A stretch of DNA of 56,369 nucleotides, filler included, from Sphacelaria rigidula (taxonomy: Eukaryota), in the NCBI GenBank assembly GCA_964200075.2. It is 7 parts of 7 records of this genome, joined end to end, with 100 filler letters (N's around TTAATTAATTAA, not from the genome) between each part and the next. Parts side by side here need not be neighbours in the genome. Positions count along the whole stretch, not along the records: positions 32,269 to 40,235 come from CAXNAA020012811.1; positions 40,336 to 48,302 come from CAXNAA020012812.1; positions 48,403 to 56,369 come from CAXNAA020012813.1; 4 more parts are not named here. One strand, 5' to 3'. The position numbers were made by a program, and so were the translations under genes. This document shows positions 36,972 through 49,331 of this stretch, one piece after another (the first letter of the stretch is position 1; each line of letters opens with the position of its first letter). The notes under the pieces were generated by a model. That model was not told the DNA's origin and ran no database searches. It saw nothing but the letters and a program-made list of their open reading frames with translations.

Positions 36972-37002
36972 CCCTAACCCTAACCCTAACCCTAGCCCTA
37001 AC
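36972..37002. repeat. Short interstitial (CCCTAA)n telomere-type repeat
   Basis: Five units; the following GAGAACCCTCGGGCAAGGG motif recurs inverted at ~8120-8140. Confidence 0.8.
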
Positions 37003-37159
37003 CCCGACCAAGGCATGTCGAGAACCCTCGGGCAAGGGGGGTGCAGAGGGCTTCCTAAGAAAGAGAGTGGAACCTCGCTCGGGCATTTTGAACCAAAAAA
37101 TTGGATCGGGTTCATTTGTATTCTCACATTTTTACTAGTTCGAAATGTTTTAGTATTGT

Positions 37160-37436
37160 CGGCCACCCCAGTGGCTCAGTTGGTAACCTCGAAACCTTCT
37201 CACGGGTGGATCGTGGGTTCAATTCTCGGGGATTTTTTCTCACACCATGCCCAACAGTGGTGAGCGACTATGTCGTGGGTACACAAAATTCGACTCAACC
37301 CTTTTGGGATCGGACCCCCAATAACGAAGAAAAAGCTCCTGTGTTGACTTTCCTCCTGTGTGACCCTGGCTGATGCGCCCACACATACCGGAAGGTGTAA
37401 ACTGGCGTCCAGAATAGATGGGACGACAACACACAC
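37160..37436 (+). mobile_element. tRNA-derived SINE, copy 2
   Basis: Box A 37172-37183, box B 37216-37225, (AC)n tail, TSD AGTATTGT/AGTATAGT. Confidence 0.88.
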
Positions 37437-37785
37437 AGTATAGTAAATACCATTTTTTCACGAGAACGCCCTGGCCTCTCCAAAAAAAATGAAGGCATAT
37501 ATATTTTTTCTTCAGCATGCCTCTGCGGCTCTCCATGCTACGTTCCAAATCACGATTCTAATATCTGTGCTGACAAACTGAGATAGGGTCCAAACACAAA
37601 AGCGATATCGTTTTCCCGTGCTCCTGGGAATGCCCACACAAAAAATTGTCATCATCCGCTGCATGTATCGTTCGGGGTTTCATGTAGACTTCAGAATGGA
37701 CGCCCCCTCCGTACGGTACAGGAATTACTAGACATGGCATTTAATCAACGAGAACAGATTGGCCCAAAATTTTGAGTGGATGTAA
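37437..37785 (-). repeat. Internally deleted copy of the repeat at 47440-48110 (host of SINE copy 2; continues at 37100-37159)
   Basis: Reverse complement shares CCATGTCTAGTAATTCCT and AGGGCGTTCTCGTGAA blocks. Confidence 0.75.
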
Positions 37786-37919
37786 GTAACCTGGGGGGTC
37801 AGTGAAAGTGCGACAATCAATCAATCAAATGTACACCTTCCCCTTGATTTGACGATTAGTTCGATATGCGGATCACGGCCCAACTCGTATGTGTCCATGA
37901 CATACTACCTTGAGAGCTT

Positions 37920-38023
37920 TTAACCCTTGGACAGCGAGAGTAGGTCACCTTCTGAATCGGCACCAATTCAACTTGAAAAAAGTGTGCATGATCCAGATAG
38001 ACTACCCTCGCGGTCTAAGTTAA
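37920..38023. mobile_element. piggyBac-type MITE (~97 bp)
   Basis: Closely similar to the units at 36044-36243; TTAA on both sides. Confidence 0.85.
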
Positions 38024-38269
38024 ACCCCTTTCTAGGATGAACCAGCTTGTGGTGTTTGGTGATGATTGATTCCCTCGTGATCGGTACTCGTTCTGTTGTC
38101 CATGTCTCCACGACCCGCATGACCCGCGCTGAAATAGTTCCGAGATGTAGACGAACGACAACGATAGTGTCGCACTGCAGGAGTCATGATGACACAGGCG
38201 AGGATAATATGTTGTCACAATCGACACCGTTTCACTCGTATTTCCATCTGTCTTTTTTGTTACGGTCAG

Positions 38270-38374
38270 GTGGCTTTGGATGGGCAGTTGGGGTTGGACC
38301 TTTTGCTTCAGAGGCCCTCGGACTTCGACCTTGTTCTGCTGGACATCGTCATGCCGGTTCTTGACGGTATCGAG
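38270..38374 (+). CDS. Exon of a response-regulator receiver (REC) domain protein
   Basis: CAG/ acceptor and /GT donor, phase 0; VALDGQLGLDLLLQRPSDFDLVLLDIVMPVLDGIE includes the phospho-acceptor D-x-x-MP-x-x-DG motif. Confidence 0.88.
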
Positions 38375-38620
38375 GTATTTGACCGCCTTCTTTCGAGTCT
38401 CCACCTTAATGTTATCGTCAGCGTTTCCCCTTTGTTGACCTTTACGTAAATACGTGAGGTCGGTTATTTTCGCAACTGCGGCTGAACTTGTAGCGGAGCA
38501 GTTGCCGTTTCATGGTTGAATCGATCAAGTCTTCCAAGCAACCAACGAATCAACAGTCCATCACTACATATACCGCTTTTCCTGCTCCCCGACCACGCAC
38601 GCACGCCTCAATGTTGGCAG

Positions 38621-38702
38621 GTCCTAAATCGAATGAAAGCACACCCGCAGCTGAAAGAAGTGCCGGTAGCGATGCTCTCTGGTTTGGAAGATCAAGCCCT
38701 TG
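38621..38702 (+). CDS. Next exon of the REC domain protein
   Basis: GGCAG/ acceptor and /GTGAGG donor; VLNRMKAHPQLKEVPVAMLSGLEDQAL continues the REC fold in frame across a 246-nt intron. Confidence 0.85.
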
Positions 38703-39074
38703 GTGAGGGACACGGAGTGAGGCTTGTGTTCCATGTGTTCCAATAGTAGGACCGTCTTTTTTCGATTTTGGTTTCGCCCCCCATTCCCCCCGTCCTCCCG
38801 TAGGGATGTAAGGTCAACAATCTTATGACGACGGCACTCAAGATCATGAGTACACCTCCCTCCCTTTTGTCGCTTTTACCCCGTTTGTCAAGGTCGGTGA
38901 CGTGTCTTTTCTCCTTGCGAGGCCTGACTTTTTTTCATTTTTTTTTCGTGTTAGTACGTTGTGGTGGGAAAAAGGATTGGGTCGGTAAAACATATTTTGA
39001 GGCCGATGACTACCGTGAACTTGAGTAGTAGTTGACTCACGCGAAATGCCTCAACATCAGGCGGCCATTGCCTT

Positions 39075-39115
39075 GGGGGGGGGGGGGCGTACTCATTTGT
39101 TGCTTGCCTTAGTCG
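39075..39115 (-). mobile_element. Very short 3' fragment of C-tail family A
   Basis: G-run followed by CGTACTCATTTGTTGCTTGCCTTAGTCGT. Confidence 0.75.
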
Positions 39116-39599
39116 TCAATGGGGGGAGAGACTTGACCTCATGGAACTTTTGAATCTTCAAAAATCCCTCGACCAGGGAGAGTTTTTTGTTTGTTTTTTC
39201 TGTAGGAGCAGCTGAGCCAATACACGATGGTGCACAAAAGTGTACAACGGTGGTTTGTTGTTCAGCATAGATGACCTCAAATAGACTACTCCGCGATACG
39301 AGAGCCGACTTAATCTCGTCGAGAGCCAAATGGCACTGATGGTTCCTAGGGCGGGTAGATCGCTACTGTAGGGAAAATATGGAACATGACTAGTGTATCC
39401 CCTACGTTGGAGGCCATTATACAGAGACTGGGGTATCCCGTGATTGTGTGGTGCAAATCAGGGGCGGACGATGCTTATCTTCATTTTTATTGACGTCATC
39501 AGGATGAACATTACTTCCTCTACAGCAGTTACCCTGCAGTGGTTTGCTAGTCTCGAGCAGTCCACGCGAATTCATTTGTTGAACTGGAAGCATGGAATC

Positions 39600-39853
39600 G
39601 TTTGATACATGAGGCAGTAGCGAGAAAACGATAGTAAGATTACTATACGCGGAGGTAGATGGTGGCCACAGACGGCGAAACGGGGCGGGAATAAGATATG
39701 TTGGAGGTTTTTGTGTAATGTATGGAAGAAACGCAATGAACACCTCACTGTCGGAGGTGTCTGTATTAGGAGTAGGAACGGTGCTCCGTCTCGAAAGGGA
39801 TGCGTGGTTGATGGTCAAACGACTTCGGCAAGCAACAAATGAGTTCGCCCCAC

Positions 39854-39905
<52 letters not shown>

Positions 39906-39920
39906 ACCCCCACCACCCCC
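39600..39920 (+). mobile_element. 5'-truncated C-tail LINE family A copy with a long C-run
   Basis: 39620-39850 is the reverse complement of 3790-4020; followed by about 50 C. Confidence 0.85.
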
Positions 39921-39995
39921 ANNNNNNGAGACGGGTGCTCACTCGAAAAGGGGGCGTGTGGTTGGCGGACAACCCCCCCCCCCCCGCAAAAAATG

Positions 39996-40026
<31 letters not shown>

Positions 40027-40034
40027 CCCTTCCC

Positions 40035-40235
40035 TTCGGTTAGACACCCATGGGGCAATGTAAGAGCTGTGGCTGTCTCTGGAAGTGGCGATACCACAGA
40101 ATAAAGCAACTAATTGTAGGCTGTCGTTTTAATGCAATGTAACCAGTAGGCTTCGGGCCGAAAAATCTTAGCAGGATGTAGGTCACCCTTCATGCGACTC
40201 GCCGAACACACCACGGCGCTGCGCGCTGGGTGGTT
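40035..40235 (+). mobile_element. C-tail family B copy, cut by the segment end
   Basis: Reverse complement of 3315-3510. Confidence 0.75.
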
Positions 40236-40335
40236 NNNNNNNNNNNNNNNNNNNNNNNNNNNNNNNNNNNNNNNNNNNNTTAATTAATTAANNNNNNNNN
40301 NNNNNNNNNNNNNNNNNNNNNNNNNNNNNNNNNNN
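40236..40335. other. Artificial 100-bp linker
   Basis: Identical N/TTAATTAATTAA/N structure. Confidence 0.98.
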
Positions 40336-40525
40336 CAGATGTACACCACCTAATGCGCACCCTGAACCTGAGAATAGATTGGATGAAAGTTTCGGTCTTC
40401 GTCATGACCCTAAAGTTACATGCGCGGATTTTCAGCAACACGCCACAGTTTCGTTTAGACGCCAGACAAGTCATTCCTGGCCAGCCTCTTGGTCGTTGTG
40501 GAGGCCCAGTCCCAAAAGGGTTAAA
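40336..40525. mobile_element. End of a piggyBac-type element of the 28977-30012 family
   Basis: Inverted match to 28977-29162; ends GTCCCAAAAGGG-TTAA. Confidence 0.85.
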
Positions 40526-43500
40526 GTGGGGCATAAAACAAGAGGGGAGAGCTTATAAAAAATAAAAAAATAAGCTTAGTTTTGTTTTCAAACGAGCTTA
40601 CGGAGCTAATGCCTACAAATCGTCGGCAGCATCCACAATGAGCATGCGGCAAATGCCCCGCGTCCAGGTGCTTTCAACTCCCGGACGTCGTCGCCCGAAT
40701 GATGCGGCGACAGCCTCCCTCCCCCCCTCAAACCCCCCCCGAGCTGTCGCGAAGAATACGACCATGTAGCGCATGATAACTGGTTTCAGATCGCAACAAG
40801 CGTGAACTGTGAGCGACACTGGCGAATAATGCAAATACGGGAGTTCCGAGCTGCTCCGTATGTCACCAGTTCAGAAATCGGGGCTCAGAGTTTTCAGGTT
40901 TTGAAAATTCGATCATGACAAATTTTGCTCAATTCAAGGCGAAAATAGGTATACGAAACCGATAGATGCAACAGGCTCGGCGAATAAGAAGTCCGTCATC
41001 GACACTGCAGCCTTGGGAGATTCGAAACTGATGCCAGACCCATGAGCCCCTCGACGCAAGGATGCCTCACCCCTCTGTACCCCCCCCCGCCGCCGAATAC
41101 GGTACAACAGTCAGTGCGTACTTTTGAACAGTACTACAATTGTCGTGCGATATTCAATACATTACCTAATCTTTGAAAGCAAAAAAACATAAGTTTCAAG
41201 AATTCCATCATTTTTCACGAGTCCGGGGAAAAAAGAAATTGGCCTTGAAAAAAAATATCATTGATTGCACGTGTGCGGAAAGTATAAAATGGCTCTAAGA
41301 AATAACTTTGCTCGGCGACAAGAATGTGAAATGAGCCTCGCCCCAGATTAGCGCGTCATAAGTAATGTCGCCACCTGTACTGCGCCGATAGCTTCCGCCG
41401 TCTGCGATACCGTTACTCCTCCGCATCAAAAGGGAGCGGTACTACCGACGGGGACTTGTGGTACGATTCGGAGGTAAGGTGGTCACATCGACCATCCGCT
41501 GCGCTGCAGAGTCGCTCAGCTTGTTGAGGAGGAATCATTGAAGAACTCGTTCGGACTTCCCTCCCCTCAGCGTTCATAACAACTCGTCACAGCAACGATT
41601 GCCGGCAGTTCGCTCGATGTCAGACCACCGCTCATACCAGCCACAGAGTAGCGTCGACGACTGTGCGATGATGGCGCATGTAGGATTGACAAAAAACACA
41701 CTTGGAGATCGTTGTTCGCTTCAGAGTTGGACCTACGGTCATCCTCGATATAGACTCGTCCGGTGTTCATGAAAACCTGCACCCACGCACGACCGGAGAT
41801 TTGCCCAAGGGCGTCAGCACACCAACCTCAACACACTTGTGCCCCAAAGGGCGCACTGCAACATGCAAAGAACGCCATTGATATGTACACGAGGCGAGCT
41901 CTGTGACCAATTCCTGGAGAAGACAATTTTGAATGACGCAAATGCAATAGTCCACTTTACAAACCGAAAGAACATTTTTTACAATTTGTCCATCAGGCGC
42001 GATCAAAACATGAAATTATCATGGTCATTCTCTGCCTCCGTTGCCGGGTCATCTGTCCCCGACCCGCTGCACTCCAAATCGGAGTCTCCACTCCAGATGC
42101 CGACTGCAATTCTTGCCCCGATGCTGTTGTAGTATTCGTGTCCACCGTCGCGACAATAACTACTATTCGAGGATATTTCTAGACCCCATCCCTCTCCCAC
42201 CACACTCCCGCCGCCAAACTGGCGCGGCTCATCGCCGTGCCTCACGTTGACTGCTGCCCTCGACGCGTTGATCGCTCCACTCGCCTTGGCCTTTCCACGC
42301 TTTGCCGTGGATCCACCCGTCCCGCGCTTCGCTGTGAATCCGCGCCTCCCACGCTTCGCCGCGGATCTGCCCCCGGCAGAAATAGATCGCTCACGTGCAC
42401 CACCCTTTTTCACTGTCAGCATCACCCCTGGAAGTCGCCTCGGTTGCCCCAGAGGACGGCGGGGGAAGAAAGCAGCGACCCTGGCAATCGTAGCTCAGCG
42501 TGCAGTTCCCCAAATGCCTACACATGCATTTTTCGCAGCGGTGATCTCTTTGTGGCGCCTTTGCCGGGTTATATGAGCACCTCAGAGCCTACACGTTCCC
42601 GGACCCATCACGATACGTGTGGCTTGAAAAATAAACAACAATGTTGTCCCGCGTGAGCGCTTCTGCCTCTCTGCTCGCCGGGTTTATGCCCCGCTTGTGA
42701 TGAGTCTTCTGTGATTCAACAACCCAACCGCGGCCATTGAAGTCCACCGTGGGTGTCTTCTAAAAACTCCCTCCCCAGTATTCGAATACCGCGTCATACT
42801 CACCCACGTGCTTCCGATAAGTGTCCAAGTCTCGGCAGCACCAGGAAGGTATATGGCCATGTACTGTGGTGGTACACAGGCGGATCTTGTCGACATACGA
42901 TCCCAAGTCCCACCCCCCCGTGGCGAAGAGAAGCCCCGGATCCGTGGCGATTTGCGCAGAAGCGTTTTCGCACCTGGAAAGGAAGATGGCGTCCTCTTCC
43001 GTCAGTATTGGTGCTGTAAACAGATTCGGCGTACCTGCGTGCAGAGCCTTCAGCACGAAATTCCACATCTTGAAGAAAGGAATCCCGGAAACATATGGTA
43101 AAAAGTTGCATTCAGCCAAACGGTAGGTCAGCACCAATAGTGCTACCTTCATAGATGGCGTCAATTACGTATACTGTCCGGCGGGCGGCCAAGCGCTCTC
43201 ACTCCCATCCCTCAGATTCTCGGTGGAGCTGTACACCCTGTCCTCGAGGATATACCGGGGGCCACCGCTCACAATCGCTCAACAGTGACTTGCGCTGCGT
43301 CGAAGCCCTGCGGCGTAATATACCCGGAGGACATTGCTAGCAACACAATAATCCGCAGATCAGTATCGCTCGAAGTCACCAGTCACTTCTTCTAGTGCTT
43401 CTTGAACAACCTCTCGGAGTGGATGATGGAGTGGACTGTGGACATCTCACCCTCACCTATCCCGGGTCCAGCTGCGCTGTGGATACTCTGATCAGGCCCA

Positions 43501-44149
43501 CTGCCATTACGCCACCACAGAAGGTGGAGGTGGTAGTCAAACCTACAAGGTTGGGGAAGCGCCGCACCAAGCAGATCTAGGTCCGCTGCCGCCGATGTTT
43601 CCCCGCTGCCTGTCAGTACCGCAATAAACGATGGCGGAGTCTTCCGAGCCGCCGCGCGGGTGGCAACACCCACCCCTGGCACCGTCGTTGGCACCGATGC
43701 AGCCCCGCTCCCCCGTCCGTCTGTCACGGCCGCGAGATATGTCCGCAGTGTCGGCCCTGCAAAACCTCTGCCGCCGAAACCTCCGCGTGCCGCAGTTTCA
43801 GCCGTCCGCTGCGTCGCCGCTCTTCCCCCGCCCCATCTGGCTGACTCATTCGGAGACTGCTCGTCGAGATCCGCGCTCAACAACGGATGTGGTACGAGTC
43901 GGGCGGAATGGAGGTTCGAGTGATACAGTTCCTTCACCACCTGTCCGGAGGACGTTAGATAAAATGGTGTATGGAGGAAATATGTCAGCTGTTTCGTCGG
44001 TTTGAAATTGCAAGCGTCGGAGTCAAATACTCGTACCAAGCTCTGAAAAGCACACATGTAGACGCCATTGATGCCGATCGAAATCCCAACCATGATCGCA
44101 AACATGAGCTAAGAAGTCAGATGCTGCTATGCTGAGCAATTGTGCTTTG

Positions 44150-45530
44150 CAGAATCATGCGGGTATGAGACTTCTCAGAGAACATAAAGAAACATAGGGT
44201 ACCGGCATGAAAGTCTCACAGAAATTTCGAAATTGCCGGGTACCGGTTTAAAAACCTTACAGAAATTGCAGAATTTTTCGAGTACGATATGGGAGGCTCA
44301 CACAATAACCGTACCGACAACCGGTTACCTCTTTAAGAGCATACCTGCGCTCCGGATACGGCTAAACATTCTGTACATAACTCACAAAACTGTCGGGTAA
44401 GGGTATGGGAGGCTTACAGTACTAACAGAAACTATCGGGTAGGGTATGAAGGTTGCACAGAAAACCGTATCCGCAACCGGGTATCTATATTATCAAGAAC
44501 ATACCCGCCCCCCCCCCGATAACGGTACAGGGAGCTTACAGAAATCACAGAAGTATCGGGTAAGGGTATGGAAGTCTTAGAGAGATCACAAACCTGTCAG
44601 TTCCCGGTGTGAACGTCTGACAGAAGTCACAGAACTTTCGGGGAACGATTACCACGACACAACCACCATCAATGTCGATGGCGTGCATCGTGCTAAATGA
44701 TCCCCTGGTGGTGCAGATGAATCGCCCCCGCTCGAGCAACCACTCGAGTCTCGGGGTGATCCATTCAGACGGTCTGCAGTGCTGCTCATGTTTCGTGTTT
44801 CCACTCAGCAATACCTAGTATTCCGTCAGATTCCAGACTGAAGAACTTTCCAACATTAATTTTTTGTTGGTGTGCAGTGTTGAATTAAGGAATAGGGTGG
44901 GTTGCTTGATGGGGGGTACATATTCCGGTCATGGGGTTGTGTTTGGATTGAGCTTATATTCATACCTCGCCAGCGTATAGATCTGTACTGTACCTGCAAT
45001 CGGGTATATCTACGACGATATACCCTAACCCCAGGTAGGGGTATGGGAAGCTTACACAGCCGACAGAATTGTCGGGTACCTGTACGGGATGAAAGTCTTA
45101 CAGAAAGTTCAGAACTTGTCGGGGATGGTATGGGAGGCTCACAGGAAAAACGTAACGGCAATCGGGTTCTTCAAGAGCATACCCGCGCTTCGGGCACGGG
45201 TAAACATCATGTACGGAACTCACAGAATTGTCGGGTAAGGGTATGGGATGCTTACAGAACTCACATAAACTGTCGGGTAGGGTATGGAGGTTGCACAGAA
45301 AAACGTACCCGCAATCGGGTATCTTATCAAGACTGTACCCGTGCCCCCCAGTGACGGTACGGGAGGCTTACAGAAATCACAGAACGACCAGGCAAGGGTA
45401 TGAAACTTTCAGAGAGAATACACAACTGTCGGGTACCGATATTAACGTCTGACATAAGTCACAGAACGGTCGGGTACGGTAAACACCCACGAAAATTCAC
45501 CGGGTAGACAGAGAATCGTATCCTACAGAG
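44150..45530 (+). repeat. Two copies (44150-44645 and ~44990-45530) of an element built from short ACAGAA..TCGGGTA.GGTATG repeats
   Basis: 44289-44645 and 45130-45480 are colinear. Confidence 0.8.
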
Positions 45531-45725
45531 CACACCATTGGAACCATGCAGCAACCCGGGACTCGTGGCGCTGTTACCTCGGGATCGATATTGGTGTCTT
45601 ATGCAACATTCGGACTGCCCGCGCCGACGTCCAAGCAGATATCCAGACGTTGCATTCCGCGAGTGATTCTTGGCGATCCTCCGCATCTACCGTGTGTTTT
45701 GTTCGTCGGAATGAACTCCACCGCT

Positions 45726-45830
45726 GAGCCACTCAGTCAGCGGCTGACTGAGTGGCTCGGTGATGGAAATCGTTCTGACGAAAAAAATAAGTGAGAGTTC
45801 GATCCTCGGCGCGATCACTTCTTCTTTCCC
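45726..45830 (+). mobile_element. Degenerate SINE-like tRNA head preceded by a palindrome
   Basis: TGGCTCGGTGATGG...TTCTGACG...GAGTTCGATCCTCGGCGCGATC resembles the 1137-1215 head. Confidence 0.5.
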
Positions 45831-47439
45831 ATAGGCGAATAAATATCGTTCTCATGGTTGTGGAAAGATGTCAGAACGTCCACACCCACCTTGGTCACTT
45901 TGGCAGCGTCGGCGAGGGGCAACCCGGGAAAGGAGCCGAGAGTACGAACTGAAGAACACAAGTGCAGTACCGGCCTACGTCAGCGGAGCTGTGGTTTTGA
46001 CATACAGTATGATACTTGTATCTGATGCCTGCAGCGTTCGATCGTAGTACTGTAGTACCGTTCAACTTACCAAGTAGGTTTGTATGTCTGCGTCGTCTCC
46101 GTAGGTGTTACTCAACGTTTACGGCCGTTAAAACCCGGACGGGGGTTCCGAGCATACCCTCCAGAAGCCAACAACGGGGGCACTATCAGCGATGTGCGTG
46201 ATGGACGACGCACCCCAAAGATATACACGCTATCCACACGCACAATGTGCAGGAATTGATTCTGAAAGGATTCGACCCGACCGCCCTTACGTAAATACAC
46301 TTCAGCGACTACCCTTGTCTTTGGCGGACTGGACTATGCCCTGGGCGGCAGTGCAGTACACAGCACCATATTCTACAGTGCTGTGCTGCACTGGACTCTG
46401 TTGCTCTGTATCAGATACTGTACTGTACTGTACTGTACAACAGTGGCACTCTGGAGCAGACGTGCATGGGTGCGGAGCAAACTTTAAACTTTTCAAACTT
46501 CAGCCAAGTCGTTTATTTGTTTACGGCCGTTATTATCGACACAGTGTTTTCGGAGATCGCCAAGATTTTAGGCGTTTCCGTACCTGGCGCTTGGCGTTCT
46601 ACGAAAATGAAGCGGCTAGAAATTTTCGCCAAGCCTTTACGTTTGGCGAACGCCAAATATTTCGGATCGCAACGCAATACTCCGCAGAGCTGCCGCTGGC
46701 ACACGCCGTAGCACTCGCAAGCATGCGAGAATAATCAGAAACCTTGCGAGTGAACCCTTGGGCTATGTCGTGGAGTAAAAAGCCCCGCGGGTTGGCGGTA
46801 TCTACTGTTTCTCCGTAGACGGTGTGTGCCCCGGCAGCGGTGTTGGAACTTTTGGGGCCGAGCACGGTGGTTGTCGTTTGCAGACATACGTACTTTCGAA
46901 GTGAAGAGCAGAAACAATCCAGTAGCTACCTACTTGCCTGCAGCGCTGCAACGAGTGTACGCTACCGCACCGTCTGAAAAGTGTATAGCTGGTGGTTTCA
47001 TTGAGTGTGTCTGCGCATACAACTCATAGAAAGCAAGCACGCTGCAACCTGTGCACGGGGCTTTACACAAAAGGTATTTTTACTCCTGCGTGCTGCTGCA
47101 GCATCCCGAGAGAGCCGTTCGATCATGCCCTAGCCTGCCCGACTGCCCCCGCGTGTCACAGAGAGGTTGCGAGAAAGATGTTTACCACAGTTATGAACGC
47201 CATACACGGGCAGGGAGCACAACCCTGTCTTTTATTTTGCCGGCGAAGGCAAGCGAAGGACGAGATCAGCACCATCTGTAACGGCATTTCTAACAGCAAC
47301 AGGATCTAGATAAAAATGAGCCCTACGAGCTGGGCCAGCCTAAAAACGGATTTAAGCTCTAAAAGTAATATCTCATCGACACAGACGAGTCGGGCCGTGA
47401 TCCTCATATTGTATTAATCGTCTAACCGAGGGGAAGGTG

Positions 47440-48110
47440 CCCATCTGCTCAAACGTTTGGGCCAATATTTTCTCCTTGATTAAACCCCATGTCTAGTAAT
47501 TCCTTTACCTATCGGAGATGGCGTCCATACTAAACTCTCTATGAAACCCCCGATCGATGCATTCAGTGGAGGACGACGAATTTTGGTGCGGACATTCTCT
47601 GGAGCAAGGGGAGACGATAGATACCCTCTCCTTCGCCTAATTCGTTGCCTATCCCGAGATATGGCGCACATTAGTTTCCATACTAAAATCAATACATTAC
47701 GAGCAGAGGCACCAACTAGATACACTAAATCTGGATATCGCGTCTCAGTTTTTGAGAGTTGTTCCATAAAATTTCGTGCGGTGAACCGCTGGTGCATAAT
47801 AAAAAAAATAAGAACAGCTTGTTACCTTTTTTCATGTCTTTTTTCATTTTTTTCATTTGTTTTTCGTTGTTAAGTTTTGAGGAGAAATGAACATTGCTCT
47901 TAGGCCTTATCTCAATGTTTTAGCTCAATTTTGAGAATTGTGATTCGACAGTTAGCATGGAGAACCACAAAAGTGTGCCGAATAAAAAAAAATGAGCCTT
48001 CATATATTTTTTTCTCATAGAGGTTAGGGCGTTCTCGTGAAGAAATTGTCTTTACCATACTAGAACGCTCTAAACCAGTGAAAAAAGAAATTGAAAAAAA
48101 ACTGACCCAC
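47440..48110 (+). repeat. Dispersed non-coding repeat (longer copy of 37100-37785)
   Basis: Inverted homology as described for 37437-37785. Confidence 0.7.
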
Positions 48111-48302
48111 TGATGAGTGTTGTCGATTATGCCTCAGAGAGCGCCCACACAAAATTTCAATACGAGCTGGGCCAGCGATATGTGCAGCATTTGCATCTTC
48201 AACCATAACTCGTCAAGTTTACCAAACCAGCTCGACTCGAGCATATCGCTGTGTACTGCAGACAAACCTTGTAATGCACGGCACTGCCGCTGGTCGATTG
48301 GC

Positions 48303-48402
48303 NNNNNNNNNNNNNNNNNNNNNNNNNNNNNNNNNNNNNNNNNNNNTTAATTAATTAANNNNNNNNNNNNNNNNNNNNNNNNNNNNNNNNNNNNNNNNNN
48401 NN
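48303..48402. other. Artificial 100-bp linker
   Basis: Identical N/TTAATTAATTAA/N structure. Confidence 0.98.
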
Positions 48403-49331
48403 CTGACTCGAAATTTCGAGCAACAAATGCCCCAAAATACCCCCACCCCTATCGTAGGATGGCTCCCATGGTAGTGATCTGACCGTTGCGAGCGTGGTGC
48501 CGAGGGGTGCGTCCATGCTGCAATCTGGAGCACGCGCTGGCTGCGTGAACATCTCGGTACAGTAGCTTTCAACAATTGATTCCGATGTGACGAGGTCACG
48601 CACTACCACCTGGGGTGACATATGAAGCCACGAAGAACAAGGGTGCTTCATGATCAACCACTCGTCGCTTCATTTGACACCGACGCCATCAACCGTCAGC
48701 CGCAAAGGTCTTGTGGCTTTCAAGCAACGCTGGCGGCAATACGGCAGGCACACCCGATCATAGCTAGCTTTCGTCGTTCTACTGGACTGGCTGGCGTCTG
48801 CACATAGGTCGCCCGGCGGAGCAACGCGTACCAAATTTCGCAATCTCCGTAAAAACAAAACAGTTCAGTTTTCTCAACTACATAAACATGACTGAAATTA
48901 CTCTTGTGGTCTGAGGAACTGTGGCTTCCCTGTCCTCCCGCCAGGTATACAAGGAGGACGACAGAGTTTTTGTAATCGCATGCCCATCATCAAAGCATTC
49001 CGAAGTACATGAGTATCCGAACACAAGAGACGAAAATCCGAAGCACGACAAAAGAAAAGCTGCTATCAAAGAAACCCTGCAAAATTTGGAGTTCAAAATC
49101 CGACAAAATTCTGAATTTGGCGCAAAATGAATCTAAACACGTGTAAATCGAGATATTAGAAAACTACGCACATGGAAAGAGCATGATTGCCGGGCCAGGT
49201 ATCACTGATTACACAATCACGCCAGAAAAACAGAAGGCCTCTTTGAACTCCCACGAAGAAACAACGGGCAAATTTAAGCCCCTTCACACAAAGTAGTAGA
49301 AACTACGCAGCCAGAGGTGAAATGACACGTG

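Noticed and set aside
38186-38746. Bacterial contamination or a recent horizontally acquired two-component gene
   Set aside because: The domain is split by a GT-AG intron and surrounded by host repeats
28973-40525. An 11.5-kb piggyBac bounded by inverted 185-bp ends
   Set aside because: The two ends are in different artificial segments, and the left end already has its own partner at 30012
42760-43164. Harbinger/PIF transposase call
   Set aside because: Only a vague LxxLxYRLA resemblance; catalytic DDE motifs not found
48085-48160. Hammerhead ribozyme at CTGATGA (also ~11954)
   Set aside because: No GAAA core in the right place and no stem I
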